DNA of 64,000 bases from Tetramitus jugosus (Eukaryota; Protista; Heterolobosea), in the NCBI GenBank assembly GCA_937625935.1, contig OW569345.1:1-64000 (forward strand). The letters run 5' to 3'. The notes below the pieces were generated by a model, which saw only the letters and a program-made list of their open reading frames with translations, had not been told where the DNA came from and did not search any database. The position numbers were made by a program, and so were the translations under genes. Of this stretch, positions 27,801 to 41,833 are shown piece after piece (position 1 is the first letter of the stretch; each line of letters starts with the position of its first letter).

Positions 27801-30800
27801 ACATCCTGAGTTTAGATTGTTTGCTTGTATGAATCCGCCAACGGATATCGGCAAGAAGAATTTGCCTCCTGCTATGCGTAATAGATTTACCGAGTTTTAT
27901 GTGAACGAGCTCACTGATGCTGATGATTTGAAGATTGTTGTCAGCAAGTATTTGGAGAAGCATCAGATTGCGAATCCCCCAACTGATGCAATTGTTTCTT
28001 TCTACTTGGAGGCAAAGGCACAATCGGAGGTTAATCTCTCTGATGGTGCAGGTCATAAGCCTCATTATAGTTTAAGAACTCTTTCACGGTCGCTGGAATA
28101 TGTGTCTGTTGTTCTGCCTATCTATGGTCTCGAACGAGCTCTGTACGAAGGTTTCTGCATGGGTTTCTTGACCTTATTGAGTAGATCATCATTTTCTGTG
28201 ATGGAAGAAATTATTAGAAAGTATCTATGTAAGAAGTCCAAGGAGAGCTTAGCTAGCGTACCTCGATGTCCTGGTGATGGATATGTTCAGTTTGAACACT
28301 TTTGGTTAAAGACTGGCCAATTTACCGTTCAAGATGACCCTTACTTTATCATCACACCTTCTGTACAAACTCATTTGAAGAATTTGGCAAGGGCATTGAA
28401 AACAAACAAGTATCCTATCTTGTTGCAAGGTCCAACATCAGCAGGTAAAACTAGTATGGTGAGCTATCTCGCTAAGCGTACCGGTCACAGATTTGTGAGA
28501 ATTAATAATCATGAGTCCACTGATTTGCAAGAATATTTCGGAACGTATATTACCAATTCAGATGGAAAACTTGTTTTCCAAGAAGGTATTCTTGTTGAGG
28601 CAGTGAGGAATGGATATTGGATCGTTCTTGATGAGTTGAATCTTGCTCCTTCAGATATTTTGGAAGCACTGAATAGACTTTTGGATGATAACAGAGAACT
28701 GTTTATTCCTGAAACTCAAGAGATTATCAAGCCTCACCCACACTTCCAATTATTTGCAACTCAAAATCCACCTGGATTATATGGAGGTAGAAAGGTGCTT
28801 TCAAGAGCCTTTAGAAATCGTTTCCTCGAATTCCATGTTGACGACATTCCTGGAGATGAGCTCAAGATTATTCTCCAAAGACGTTGCGGTATATCTGCTC
28901 GGTTAGCTGATAGAATGGTTAATGTGATGAAGAGTCTCCAAACTCATCGTCAGAGCAGCAAAATTTTTGCAGGAAAGGGAGGTTTTATTACGCCAAGAGA
29001 TTTGTTCAGATGGGCAGAACGTGTGACAACCTTGAATAATGCCTACAAGGAGAAACAAGAAATTGCTGAGGAAGGCTTCATGCTGTTGGCCGAGAGACTC
29101 AGACGAGACGACGAAAAGGTTATTGTCAAGGAAACCCTTGAGAAGTGCATGGGTGTCACATTAGACATTGACAAGATGTATGACTGTGAAGAGTCTGAAG
29201 AATTCAAGTCAATTCAAATGAATTCAGACGCCAAAATTGTTTGGACGAAAACAATGAGAAGACTTTTCACTTTGGTCGGCAAGTGCCTAAAGTACAAGGA
29301 GCCTGTGCTGCTTGTAGGTGAAACAGGTTGCGGAAAGACCACGATATGTCAAATCTACAGCGAAATTCTGAAGAATCATCTTCATATTTTGAATTGTCAC
29401 CAACATACAGAAACCAGTGACTTCTTGGGAAGTTTGCGTCCTGTTCGTGGACGTGACACCCTTCTGGTCAAAATCAAGAATCTCATCATTCAATTTGCAG
29501 AGGAATACAAGAAGATTATCAAGATTGATCTGGCCGTACCTGATATGACTGAAGATCTTGGCGATGCCATTAAATCTTTGGAGAAGGTGTGCAACAAGAT
29601 TGTGAAGAAAAGACAAGCTGAAGAGTCATCTGATGATGACTTTGCAGAGAGACCATTGCTCGAACTGCAGTTGAAGATTAGAACAATGTACCAAGAGTGG
29701 AAGTCTCTCTTTGTTTGGTACGACGGTCCTCTTGTCGAAGCAATGAAGAATGGAGACCTCTTTTTGATTGATGAAATTTCTTTGGCTGAGGACGCAGTTT
29801 TGGAAAGACTAAACTCAGTATTGGAACCATCTAGAGAACTCGTTTTGCCTGAAAAGGGATCTGAGAATATTGAGGAGATTAGTGCTGCTGAATCTTTCCG
29901 TGTTATGGCCACTATGAATCCTGGTGGCGACTTTGGTAAGAAGGAACTTTCTCCTGCACTTAGAAACAGATTTACCGAAATTTATGTTCCAACTCTGTCT
30001 GTCAAGGAGGATCTCGCTTTGATTATTGGCAACAGATTGTCCAAAAAGGTCATTCACTTCAATGTCAAGATGGTCGATTTTGTCAACTTTTTCAAGAGCA
30101 AGAAGTCCAAGAGAATACTCAGTATCAGAGATGTTATTTCTTGGATCGAGTTCTTGAACCTTGCAGTTGACAAGTTGAATTTGAATCCGTACGAATCTTA
30201 TGTTCACGGAGCTGAAGTCGTTATTCTAGAAGGTGTTGGTATAGGATCTGATATTCTAGAAAAGACCAGAATGAGCTTGAGAAGTGATTCTCTTCAGTTT
30301 TTGATTGGTCAGTTTGAGAATGAGACATCTGCTGATGAAATTGAACATTTGAAGAATCAATTCTTGAAGGAGAAGACTAGCTACTCTCTAAAGGCATCAA
30401 CCAATGAGAACACGTTTGGTTTCTATCCATTCTTTATTGATCATGGACCAACTTCCATTCCAAAATCACTGCACTATTCTTTGAACGCGCCAACGACCAG
30501 CAAGAATGTGATGAAGGTATTGAGAGCTCTTCAATTAAGAAAGCCATTGCTCTTGGAAGGCAGTCCAGGTGTTGGAAAGGTTTGTATTTCTTTCTTTGCG
30601 TTGAATGTTTTTGTACTTGTCCCATTTACTTCCATGTACTAACTCCACAATGACTATATAGACTTCGTTGATTCAAGCGATTGCAAAGGCTTCAGGTCAC
30701 AATGTCGTTCGTATTAATTTGAGTGAGCAAACAGATATGATGGACTTGCTGGGTAGTGATCTGCCAGTAGAAGGTGGCGCTGGTGGTCAATTCCGTTGGT

Positions 30801-33800
30801 CCGATGGTATCTTCCTATCTGCACTCAAGGCTGGTGATTGGGTCCTGCTCGATGAGTTGAATCTTGCTTCCCAATCTGTCCTCGAAGGTTTGAACTCTGT
30901 TCTCGATCACAGAGCAGAGATTTATATTCCCGAGTTGAACAGAACCTTTTCATGTCCAAAGTCCTTCCGTATCTTTGGTGCTCAAAATCCATTGCAGCAA
31001 GGTGGAGGTAGAAAGGGTTTGCCAAAATCTTTCCTGAATCGTTTCACACAAGTATATGTTGAACAAATGCAGTCTGAAGATTTACTGTTCATCGCCATGA
31101 TGATGTATGGTGATATTGGTGAGGACAATCTTCGTAAAATGATTAACTTTAATGAGTTAATGTATGAAGACTCCATGATCAATTACAAGTTTGCACGCAA
31201 GGGCAGTCCTTGGGAGTTTAATCTCCGTGATGTGTTCCGATGGTGTGAATTGCTGTTGAGTGAAAACATGAAATCAGGCAAGTATGATCCTTCCAGGTTT
31301 GTTGATTGTGTGTACAGACAAAGAATGAGAACCGAAGAAGATCGCCTATATATTTCCAAGCTCTATGAGAAGGTGTTTGGCGAAGCGTATGTATGTGATG
31401 TGAATCCATCCTACACAATCACCCCACATTCAGTCCAAATTGGCCAATCTGAAGTATCAACCAATGCTTCCCTCTCTGAGAACGATAAGAACAACCATGC
31501 AACCATTAGCGGCAATATTTCGTACAATTTGTTGCACTCTTTCTTGAATCCATTGGAGAATATTCTAAAGTGCATCCAAATGAACTACATGTGCATTTTA
31601 ACTGGAAATTCGGGTTCAGGAAAAACTTCTTTGATTCGATTGGCTGCCCAGATGACTGGCAATGTATTGAATGAGTTCTCAATGAGCAGCTCTACGGACA
31701 CAGTCGAGTTACTCGGAACATTTGAGCAAGTTGATCCTTTGCAGAAGCAGAGACATGTTGCTATGAGAGCAAAAACCAAGCTTGATGACTTGGCACGTTC
31801 ATTGTGTACAAACAATAAGGCTGTTGATCGAATTCAGCAATTGTACAATGATTGGGCGACACTTGAAGAAACCTTGAAATCTCCTGCCACTACCAGAGAT
31901 GACAGATTAAGAACACTGGAATTAGTTAGAACTGTCGTTAGATCCATTTATGAATCTGCAGACGAACTTGAGCAATCCGCTGAGAGCGAGCTTGATCATT
32001 GCATTTCCGAGTTGAATCAAGTTGAGAAACTCATCAATGATGGTGTGAAGGGCAGATTTGCTTGGAATGATGGCACTCTGATTCGTTCGATGGAAGCTGG
32101 CCATTGGATCTTGATCGATAATGTCAACTTCTGTAATCCAACGGTATTGGATCGTTTGAACGGCTTACTAGAACCAAATGGAGTTCTGGTGGTTAACGAG
32201 AGAGGTTTGGTTGATGGTGAAATCAAGGTGGTCAAACCACATCATCACTTCCGTATCTTCATGGTCATGGATCCAAAATATGGAGAGATTTCAAGAGCAA
32301 TGCGTAACAGAGGTATTGAAATATCTATTGTTCCAACCAGGATTCCCTCACAGGACGCATTTACTCTACTCTCGAGCGTGGGTATTCAATCTCCATTGGT
32401 CATTAACAAGATTATGACTCTCCACAATGAATTCTTGGACAAGGTAAGAACAACTGAGGAAGATCGCCCAACATTGCGAGATCTGATTCGTTGTGCTGAA
32501 ATCTTCTTGGCGGAAGCTAGTCGAGGATTACCGATTGAGCAGGCATTGATTGTTTCGATCGACAGCACTTACATCAGGAACAAGTGTTTGCAACCACACC
32601 AAAAGGAGATGGCTGTCTTGTTGTCATCCACAATTGTTGCCAACGACAATTTATCCATGGACGAGTCAATCTTGCCCTCCGCATTCCTGAGTCAAAATAG
32701 TTTTTGCGTGAATAATGCCGAGTACAGGTCAGTATTGCGCCAAGGTGCTCTGTTGTACTACACTGCAAAGAAATTGTTAGCATTGAAGCTTCAGAATCAA
32801 CTTCAAGGCAAACAGAAGATTTCTCTTGCATCTGTTGCTGCTAACTTGAATTGGCCATCATTGATAACTGAATTACCATCCAGTTTTGTTCACAAGTTGG
32901 TCGATCCATCAATCAATTCTATTGATGTTGATGCCGAATTCGTGAAGAGTGCAGTGTCAACAATGATCAGTCAGTTTGGGCATGCTGCCGAATTCTTTGT
33001 TTCGAGAACACCAGTTGATCTTGCTCCACTGCGCATGATTTGGCTTGACCGCCTCATGTACCTGTGTCAAGGAGAGCCAGATTTAACTAGGATTATTGAA
33101 AAGACAAAGTTCATGATCACTAAGAGGTCAGACAGTCGATTGGCCAAGGATATCAGTAAGCGATTGACAAAGTCAGTGCTTCCAAATATCAATGAACAAG
33201 CCCTAATTGATGTGCTCGCCCAACAACCATTGGATTTGAGACTCAACAAACAATTATATCAGAAACTCAAATACTCTGGATTATATGGAACCTTGAGTGA
33301 TTCTCTATTCGATAGAGTTTCCATGCTTACCAAGGTTATATCGAGAAAGTATGAAGAGGATATGATTTATAACAATTCGACAGACTCCTTAATTAGAAAG
33401 AGCAAGAACTACAACTCTCAGAAGAAGAAAGGAAAGTTATCTGACACTGATCTAGTGCAATTTTTGTTCCCATTAATTCAAGCAGCGGACCAACTCATCG
33501 ATTCGATCATCAATGACGATCAAGAGCAAATAATGCTCGAATCAGTTGAGAGTCTCTTCCAGACCAGAATACGCATCTGGCAATACTTGGCAAATTCAAC
33601 AGTACTTACTGAAGAGTTCCTGATTTATTGGCACTGGTTCGAAAAGAGCTTGGCGGCAATGTCTATGGACAAGTGCTCCAATAAGAGTACAATCAACTTC
33701 TACAACCACTTAAGTAACATCATGTTGGAAGTGAATGAGAGATGCACAAAGTTGTTTGACTCTCTTTCTCGAAAGAATTACTTGTGGAAGTATGGAGGTC

Positions 33801-36800
33801 ATCCAAAGAACCTGAGTTCGACTGAGTTGATTATGTTGAAGAATGATATTGAAACATTCATCCACACCCATGACATTGATAACAAACCTGATATTAAGGT
33901 TATGTTGGTTAAGGCCGTATGTACCATCAACTGGTTGAACGAACAGAAGAATAGCAATGCTGCACAGCTTGGAAATTCTTTGTCCGATTTGATGGCCACA
34001 CTTGAGTCTACCTACAAGTTGAAGGAAAATCGTGAGGCCTCGCATTTGAGAGAGCAAAAAGAATTCGAACTCGAAGAAATCTTCGATTTTATCTTCAACA
34101 ACTGTAACGAAGACGACGATGAAGATAGAGTAAGAAGCAGTTCATTGTCAAAGCATACAACCAAGGAATTGTTGCCACTGTACGAGTACAACAGTGTTGC
34201 TGAAGAAACATCAATTTTGGCAATGATCACTCATTTCATTGTTCAATTGAGAAAGAGACAACTCTTCACGGATATTCCATCATTTAATAACTCTGTGCGT
34301 GAACTACTGGCCAAGATCAAAAACTTGATTTCCTACGTGTTTGAAAAGACACCAAGAAATCCTCTGGACATGGCGCCATATCAAACATTTGTTTGGACAC
34401 TTGAGAGCATTAACATCAATAAGCAATCTTCTTCTCACGAGATTGACGAAGTATATGTCAAATTAGCTCCACTCCACGCAGTTCTGCATGACATGTGGGC
34501 TAAATGGAATGCCAGACTATGGGATAATGGTTATAACAGAGTCGAGCAGTTCGAGTCGAATACCGATGGAGCCACACCAGAACAACTTGAGGGCCCTAAT
34601 CGTCTCTTCCAAGACATTAATTCTGTTAGAATCTTGTCAATTTTGCGTGATTGGCAATCAGTGCCTATCAGAGCAAGGTATACGAAGATCGATCAATTGA
34701 AGCATATTGTCGACTTTATGTGTACTTCTACAGACCAAGAGGATATTAGTAACTCAGATTGGATTCATGTCATCAATACCTTCACTGATACCCTTCTCTG
34801 CTTTAAGAAGTCATTCAGTAATGATGATGCTCTGAAGTTGGAGAATACTTTGAACGAAATTTTGACCTGCTCCTCCCTTGTTGAAACATTGGGATCACTG
34901 ATAAGCAATTCCTCTGATTCTCGCTTGAGAGCTAACATGAACACAGTTGTCGAAATTGCCAAGTTACTAGAGTTAAGACATGACATTAGTCAAAACCAGA
35001 ACGTATTAAGAGCTAGAATCTGGGTTCTCGTTGGTGTTTTGCGTCTCAAATTGGTAATTCCTGCTCAATCCTTGGATCCTGCTAGAAAATATTCAGTTGC
35101 CATTGATTTGTTGACACCAGATTATGAAGAAGTTACGGCAAAGATCGATATGTTCACCAGAATAGAGCGATTTATTACTGGATCGAGCATGAATCTTGAT
35201 ACCGAGAAAATGAACATACAACTAGCAACACTGAAAGAAGCCATCGATCGTATCGAGGATAAGGTTGTTGTGCGACCTGTAACACAACCTTTCAAGATGT
35301 TGTACAAGGATATGAAGGACTTTGTCGATGCTCTTGTCACAAGCAAGATTGATACTTTGCTAAAGCCAATTCTTTCACTCCCTGAGCACGATGATCCAAC
35401 CAATCTGGTTACTGACGTGCTTGTTAAGGAAGATATGATTCAAAACAATATGTCCTCTGTGACCCGAAATCTACTCAACAGCTACAGCTCCTACACGGAT
35501 GTTCTTGTTCCATTTACTACCTCTGTTTACCAGATCAAGTATGGCTTGAGATTATTGAGTTATTTCGGAACTCTTGAACATAGCGAGGTCGAATCAAATC
35601 AGATTAGCACAATTACCAGAGACATTGTGCGATTCCCTTCATCTAATGATTTATCCATGCTCCAAGCAAACCTGAGTATCGTTAACACAGCATTGACTCT
35701 TGGATTGAGAAGCTCTCGCAAATACGAACGATATCAAACATTGATTGAAGTTGTCAGAGTTCTAATGGACAAAATACATCTGCATGCAATGCATCATCAA
35801 TACGTGAGTCGCGAAGTACTTGCATCGATAGATTTGGTGTTCTCTGCTTATTCAGCTCTGTTCAAACTCATTGACGATGAAACAAAACAATATGAAAAAG
35901 AACAGGACGAACTCTACAAGTACAAGGAACAGACAACGGTGATCGAGACAGACGAAGATATTTTGGCAAAAGAAATTGAACAAATGTTCCCAACATACCT
36001 AGATCACTATGACCAATTTTTGAAGAAAGACGAGACTTCTTCTGTGGTTGCACCAGAGAAACCTGACAATAAGGAGTTGAAGAAGTTGAACCAAGTTCTC
36101 TATGATGCCCAAGAAATCATTCGACTTGTTAATATCCATCGAGAAGTATATACTAAGATATCACAGGCCGATAGAAACGACAATAAGGCTGACTTGAACT
36201 CGATCCGTACTCAATTGTTCACTGATTCCATGAAGGTGGCAGGAAAGTTGATCTCAAGCACAAATGCTAGCTCCAGCATGAGTGAGTCTGGTCTTCTGCC
36301 TTTCATTCTATATGGTAGTCAAGCAATTTCTGAGATGACTGAGAAACTGAACATTCAAGCAAAACCAGCCGATGTCTCAGTGTTCGACATCTACTCCGAC
36401 TCGAATATTCCTGAAGTCAGCTTGGCATTTAACACCCTGCTCCCAATGGTGCAACGATTCAATGAATTGTTGAAGAAGTACGAAAAGCATCCTACTCTCG
36501 TACAAATGACAAACATTTGCGAAAGAATTCTTGATTTGTCTGTCTCTACACCAATCATCAAGGTTCTTACCGGATTGGAAGTTTTGTTAATGAAGGCCAA
36601 TGAGTGGCAAGAGTATCTTACCTCGCCTGCTGGATCCATCAAAGAACAGATCCTGAAGCTTACTACTCTCATCATCAGATGGAGAAAGATGGAACTGGAC
36701 AATTGGAGAAGTGTGCTTGTGTCAAAGCGCAAGGAAACTAGAACAAAAGCAGTGAAGTGGTGGTTCAGATTCTATAGAATGATTAACATGAGTTCTTACA

Positions 36801-39800
36801 CTAATCCGGACGAACTCCCAAGTGACGAAGAGTTGCAAAAAGCAGCAACCTCATTCTTGGCAATTTGTGAAGACTACATTAGAACTGCTTCTGTTGGAGA
36901 GTTTACCGATAGATTGGAACTGCTTCCTAACTTCTTTATTCAACTGACAGCTGAAATTGAGTCTCAATTTACTACCACATCGCTTCCTGTATCGTTGAAG
37001 CAAAAGTTTTTGAATATTCTTTTCAACATGCATCGATTCTATGCACAATTCAAGAATGCAATTGAGAATCAGATCGAAAATGATGTCAAACCAATTGAAG
37101 AAAAGCTAAAGAACTTTGTTAAGCTGATGAAATGGGAAGATGTCAATGTTGACGGTTTGCGCCAATCAACAAGCAAGAGCAGAAGACAATTAGGAAAATT
37201 CAGCAAAGGATTCAATGAAATTCTTGTGAAGCCAGCCAGAGACATATGGGATAAGTATGATCCTCAGGCAGTTGCTGCTGTGGCTGAAAAAGACTCTGCA
37301 ACTGCGAAACGCAAAAAGAACAAGAATAAGAAAAAGAAGCGCGTCAGAAAGAACAAGAAGGTGGAAGAAGTAGTTGTGCCTGCATTGTCGGACGAGTTGG
37401 AAAAGTTAGCAACAGTGTTCAGAACGAAATCTGTGGAAGAAGCCGCTCAAGTGGGAACCTACCTGCTGCAAGGACAAAAATCCTTGAATCTGAAGGAAGA
37501 TGATCTCATTTCTGGTGAAAAGCTCGCCATGGTTGATTCTAAGATTGAACACAACCTGACCAAGTACGTTCTTCAAAACCACAAGGTTATGAACGAGTGT
37601 GATATGACCATTGACCATCTCGAAGACCTAAGTACGACCGTTATCAATCGTATGAAAGATTTGCAAAAACCTGGAGCGCTAACAATGATTAAGAAGAGAG
37701 CGCTCAATGACCTATTGAAAGAATTGAAAACAATCGGTATCAGCTCCCTTATCGCTAAGGTCAAGCAACAGACAACCACCCAATTAATATTTGAGCAATC
37801 AAGGGTAGCCCTAAACCAATCTTCAAAATGTCAAGAGACAGAAGCTCTGTGGTTAAAGTCTGACGATTATTATTACAAGAGCATCTACGGTTTGCAACAC
37901 TTGCGTCATACTTATGATACTGAACCATCCGAAGATTTGAATGATAAGGAAAAGAGACAAATGGTTGGATTCAGTGAGAATCTGTTCCACTATGCAATGA
38001 AACAGCGTGCAGCTCTTGCCGCTCTCCAGACTGAACAGAACCAACTTGGCGTCTCTATTGGAGTATTCAATGATTTAAGAAATGCTGCCAACCAAACTAA
38101 TCTGATGAAGACTTCAGTTTTGCCGCCTCAGCGCTACGCTAAGCAATGGCTTGTGAAACAACAAGATTTCTTCAGTCGTTTTGCGGAACTATTGAGCGAA
38201 TTAAGCATTCTCTTCCAGAATCTTACAACATCCTCAATAGAAAGAAGCTCAGCTGCTAAGACATTAGGCACTCTTCATGATCTCATCATTACGAAGAAGA
38301 AGGTGTTGGATGAAGTGAGTGTTGAACGCGCAGAAACAATCTTCACGTCGGTGCATCTGTCCATGATTAGTAATAACTTCTCACAAATGCCAGACATTCA
38401 GAATCTTGTGACACAACTTGAAACAGAATCACCTGAAATTGTTGGACGTTGCAAAGATCTTCGATCTCTTGTCGAAGAAGGATCAAAACTAGCTGTCGAA
38501 TTCGCTCAAACACCAAAGGAACAGTCCACAAAGAAGATTGATTTGGCTGACAAGTTTAAACAAACATGTGCTGATCTTGTGACGAGCATTCAACTTTCCG
38601 CCCAGCGATTGATCAAACAATTCCAAACTGAAGAAGAAACCCTTGATGAAATTGTAGCAAACAAGGATCCAGAAGAGAATGTCAATGAAGATGGAGACGG
38701 CGAGTCACTATTCTTAAACGAATACAAAGAAAACAGTGTAGCAAGACTCAACACTCTATTCGAGTCATCATTCAACGTCTTAAGCAAAGGCCTGCGTGAT
38801 GTGAATCAAAAGATTGCTCAACTTCACTCCCTATTGGAACAAGCAAGTAATCAACCAGACACCGCAAAGCAGAGACAAATCAACAATTCTATTGTCATTA
38901 TAATTGGCAGAATTCAACCAATTATGAGAAAACTGCAGGACAAAATTGACTTGTTCAAGTATCCATTCCTCAGCTTCCATAAGGCAATCACCAAACTTGA
39001 GTTTATTTTGCTCTCCATCTTCTGTACTCTATTCAGAGAGGGCTTTTGTGCGACTGAAGAAGGTGAGGGTGAAGGTGAAGGTAAATCTGGCCAGATTGAT
39101 TTCTCTCAAGGTACTGGTATGGATGAAGGTGAAGGTATTAACGATGTAACAGACCAAATCGAAAATGAAGATCAAATCATGGATGCTAAGGATCTTCAAA
39201 AGGAAGATCAGCCCAAGAAGCAACCAAAGGAGAATGATGATGCAGTCGAAGTAGAGACTGACTTCGAATCCAAACTCGAAGATGTTGATCAACAAGAGAA
39301 AGAAGACAACGAAGAGGAAGAGGAAGAAGAAGACGACGAAATGGACAAAGATATGGGCGAAATTGATGACAACGATCCAAACAAGGAAACTCTAGATAAG
39401 AAACTTTGGGATGAGAATGACGAAGACGATAATGATGACCGAGAGGATGAGAACAATGATGGATCAAATGCCAATGAAAAGCAAGAAACTGAACTGCAAG
39501 CAAAGGAAGAAGAAAGAGAAGGTCCTGAAGACTCGAAGCAGAAGAAGGAACCTCCACAAGTTGACACCAACCAAGAAAACGAGGAGGTTGAACAAGAGGA
39601 ATACCAAGATATTGTGTCCGAAGATCAGATGAGAGATGAAAACGAAGAGAAGGAAGATGAAGGTCAACCTGAAGACAAAGAATTTGAACTACCATCACAA
39701 ATGGATCTTGATGAAGGTGATGAGGGTGACGACGATTCTGACGATGGTGAGCAAGAAGAAAATGACTCAGAGGAAGAAGGTGAAAACGCTGACCAAGCTC

Positions 39801-41782
39801 CTGATGCTCTACCCGCTCATCGTGAGGAAGATGTCGAGGAAATCGAAACAGAAGATGCAGTGAATGAAGAAAACGTTCAACAGGATGACATCATGGAAGA
39901 TGAAAATAACGACGACAATCAACCGGGTCTTGACCCTTCCACCAATGATGAAACAAATCAAACAAAGGAAGAAGAGGAAGAAGATGAAAAGATGGGTGAT
40001 GATGAAGAGGAAGAGGAGAAAGATAATCCTCGTGTCGACACAGAAGAAGAAGAAGCTTTCCAAGAGGACTTGAAAGAAACACCATTCGGAGTGCAGCACA
40101 CTGCAGGCAAGGCTTCAGAGATCAAGGATGACGAACCTGAAGAAGAGCGAGAAGAAAAGAAGAACAATCAAGCAGAAGAAGAGAGTGGTAAAGACACAAA
40201 CAAATCTGAGTCTGGAGAGAGTTTCGATCAAGGAAGCGACAATAAGAAGGAAAAGAAGGAGAATAAGTCTGATGCGGCTCAATTCGATCCAAACCCATAC
40301 CGAAGTTTGGGAGATGCCCTGAAAGAATGGAAGGAGAAGCTCAACATGGTGGACAAGAAGGAAGACAGCGAAGAAAATGGAAATGACAACCAAAACGAAG
40401 AGGATGACTTTGAATTTGCTGACAAGGATCAAGAACAAAAGGAAAATGATATGCAAGTCTTAGCTCCAGCTACTCAAGAACAAGCTGATGCCTTCCCTGA
40501 ACTTGAAAATCGTGATGACGACAATGAGAGCAGCGATGACGAGTCAGAACAGTCCAAGGATATAAAGAATAAGGATCAAATGAGCGACAGTGAAGACGAG
40601 GCAGACGAGCAAAACAGCAAGAACTCTGGAAAGGCCGTCATGAGATTTGAACAAAAGAATAATGAAGATGAGGACGATGAGATGAACGATGAGGAGATGG
40701 TCGATGCTGAGCCTGAAATTAAAAAAGAATTCAACGTTGAAGAAGGTGAAAAGAAGCCAAGCTCAATTCATGTTTCAACAGGCCAACACGCCGAACAAGA
40801 TTTGGAAGTTGAACTCGATTCAATTGCAGAGGAACAGAATCTGTCCATGGAGGACATTCAGAAGATGAGAGAAGAATTGGATATCATGTTGAGTGAATGG
40901 AGAAACGACCAGGACAAGGTCGAAAAGAGCAAGGACGCTTGGAAACGTTTCGACATGATCACAAATCATCTATCTCAAGAACTGTGTGAACAATTGCGCT
41001 TAATCCTCGAGCCTACTCTGGCAACAAAACTCAAGGGTGACTACAAGACTGGTAAACGAATTAACATGAAGAAGGTCATCCCATATATTGCCAGTCAGTT
41101 CAGAAAGGATAAGATTTGGCTCAGAAGAACCAAACCAAACAAGAGACAATATCAGGTGTTGTTAGCTATCGATGACTCAAAGTCCATGGGTGACAATCAT
41201 GCCGGTCAAATGGCATGCGAAGCTGTTACTCTGATCAGCAAGGCCATGTCTCAACTCGAGGTTGGTCAACTTGCTGTTGTAAGCTTTGGTGAGAAAGTTA
41301 ATCTCCTTCATCCATTCGATCGTCCATTCTCTGATGAAGCAGGTTCTGAACTATTGGCTCAGTTCACATTCAACCAGAATCAGACTCAGATTTACAAATT
41401 CATGCAGGATGCAGTATCGATGCTTGATGCCTACAAGTCATTCGAACTTGTCAACAATACTGAGCAAGTTCAACTAGCATTCATTATCTCTGATGGTCGA
41501 ATGCTCGACAGAGAAAGTATTGTCAAGATGGTTAGACAAGCACAAGAAAAGAGACAATTGTTCGTTTTCATTCTGATTGACAATCCAAATCCAAAGGACT
41601 CAATTCTTGAACTGAAATCTGTCTCTTATCCTAATGGAAAGCTCACTGTGACATCCTACATTGATCAATTCCCATTCCCATACTACATTATCCTGAGAGA
41701 CATTCAATCTTTGCCTGAGATTCTTGCTGATGCCCTGAGACAATTCTTTGAACTGTTGGCAGTCCAGAATGATCAAGAGTAA
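24815..41782 (+). CDS. MDN1: Midasin (Rea1) AAA ATPase, about 5545 aa, 4 exons
   Basis: Exons 24815-24961, 25105-25974, 26080-30579 and 30662-41782, all with phase-0 GT-AG introns. Six AAA modules: GITGAGKT, GETGTGKT, GPTSAGKT, GETGCGKT, GSPGVGKT, GNSGSGKT. Long linker, D/E-rich tail and C-terminal MIDAS/vWA (IDDSKSM, ISDG). Confidence 0.97.
25975..26079 (+). other. Spliceosomal intron in the midasin AAA1 Walker A (GK|T)
   Basis: GTTTGT donor, TACTAAC at 26028-26034, CAG acceptor; removal restores GAGKT. Confidence 0.9.
30580..30661 (+). other. Spliceosomal intron in the midasin AAA5 Walker A (GK|T), similar in sequence to the intron at 25975-26079
   Basis: GTTTGT donor, TACTAAC at 30637-30643, TAG acceptor; removal restores GVGKT. 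Confidence 0.9.
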
Positions 41783-41833
41783 ACAAATAAATACTCGCAT
41801 AAACTTTGCAATAATCAATCCATGATTAAATCT

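Noticed and set aside
39186-40456. Many antisense and alternate-frame ORFs over midasin and other long genes
   Set aside because: Shadow ORFs caused by low-complexity D/E-rich codons and codon bias.
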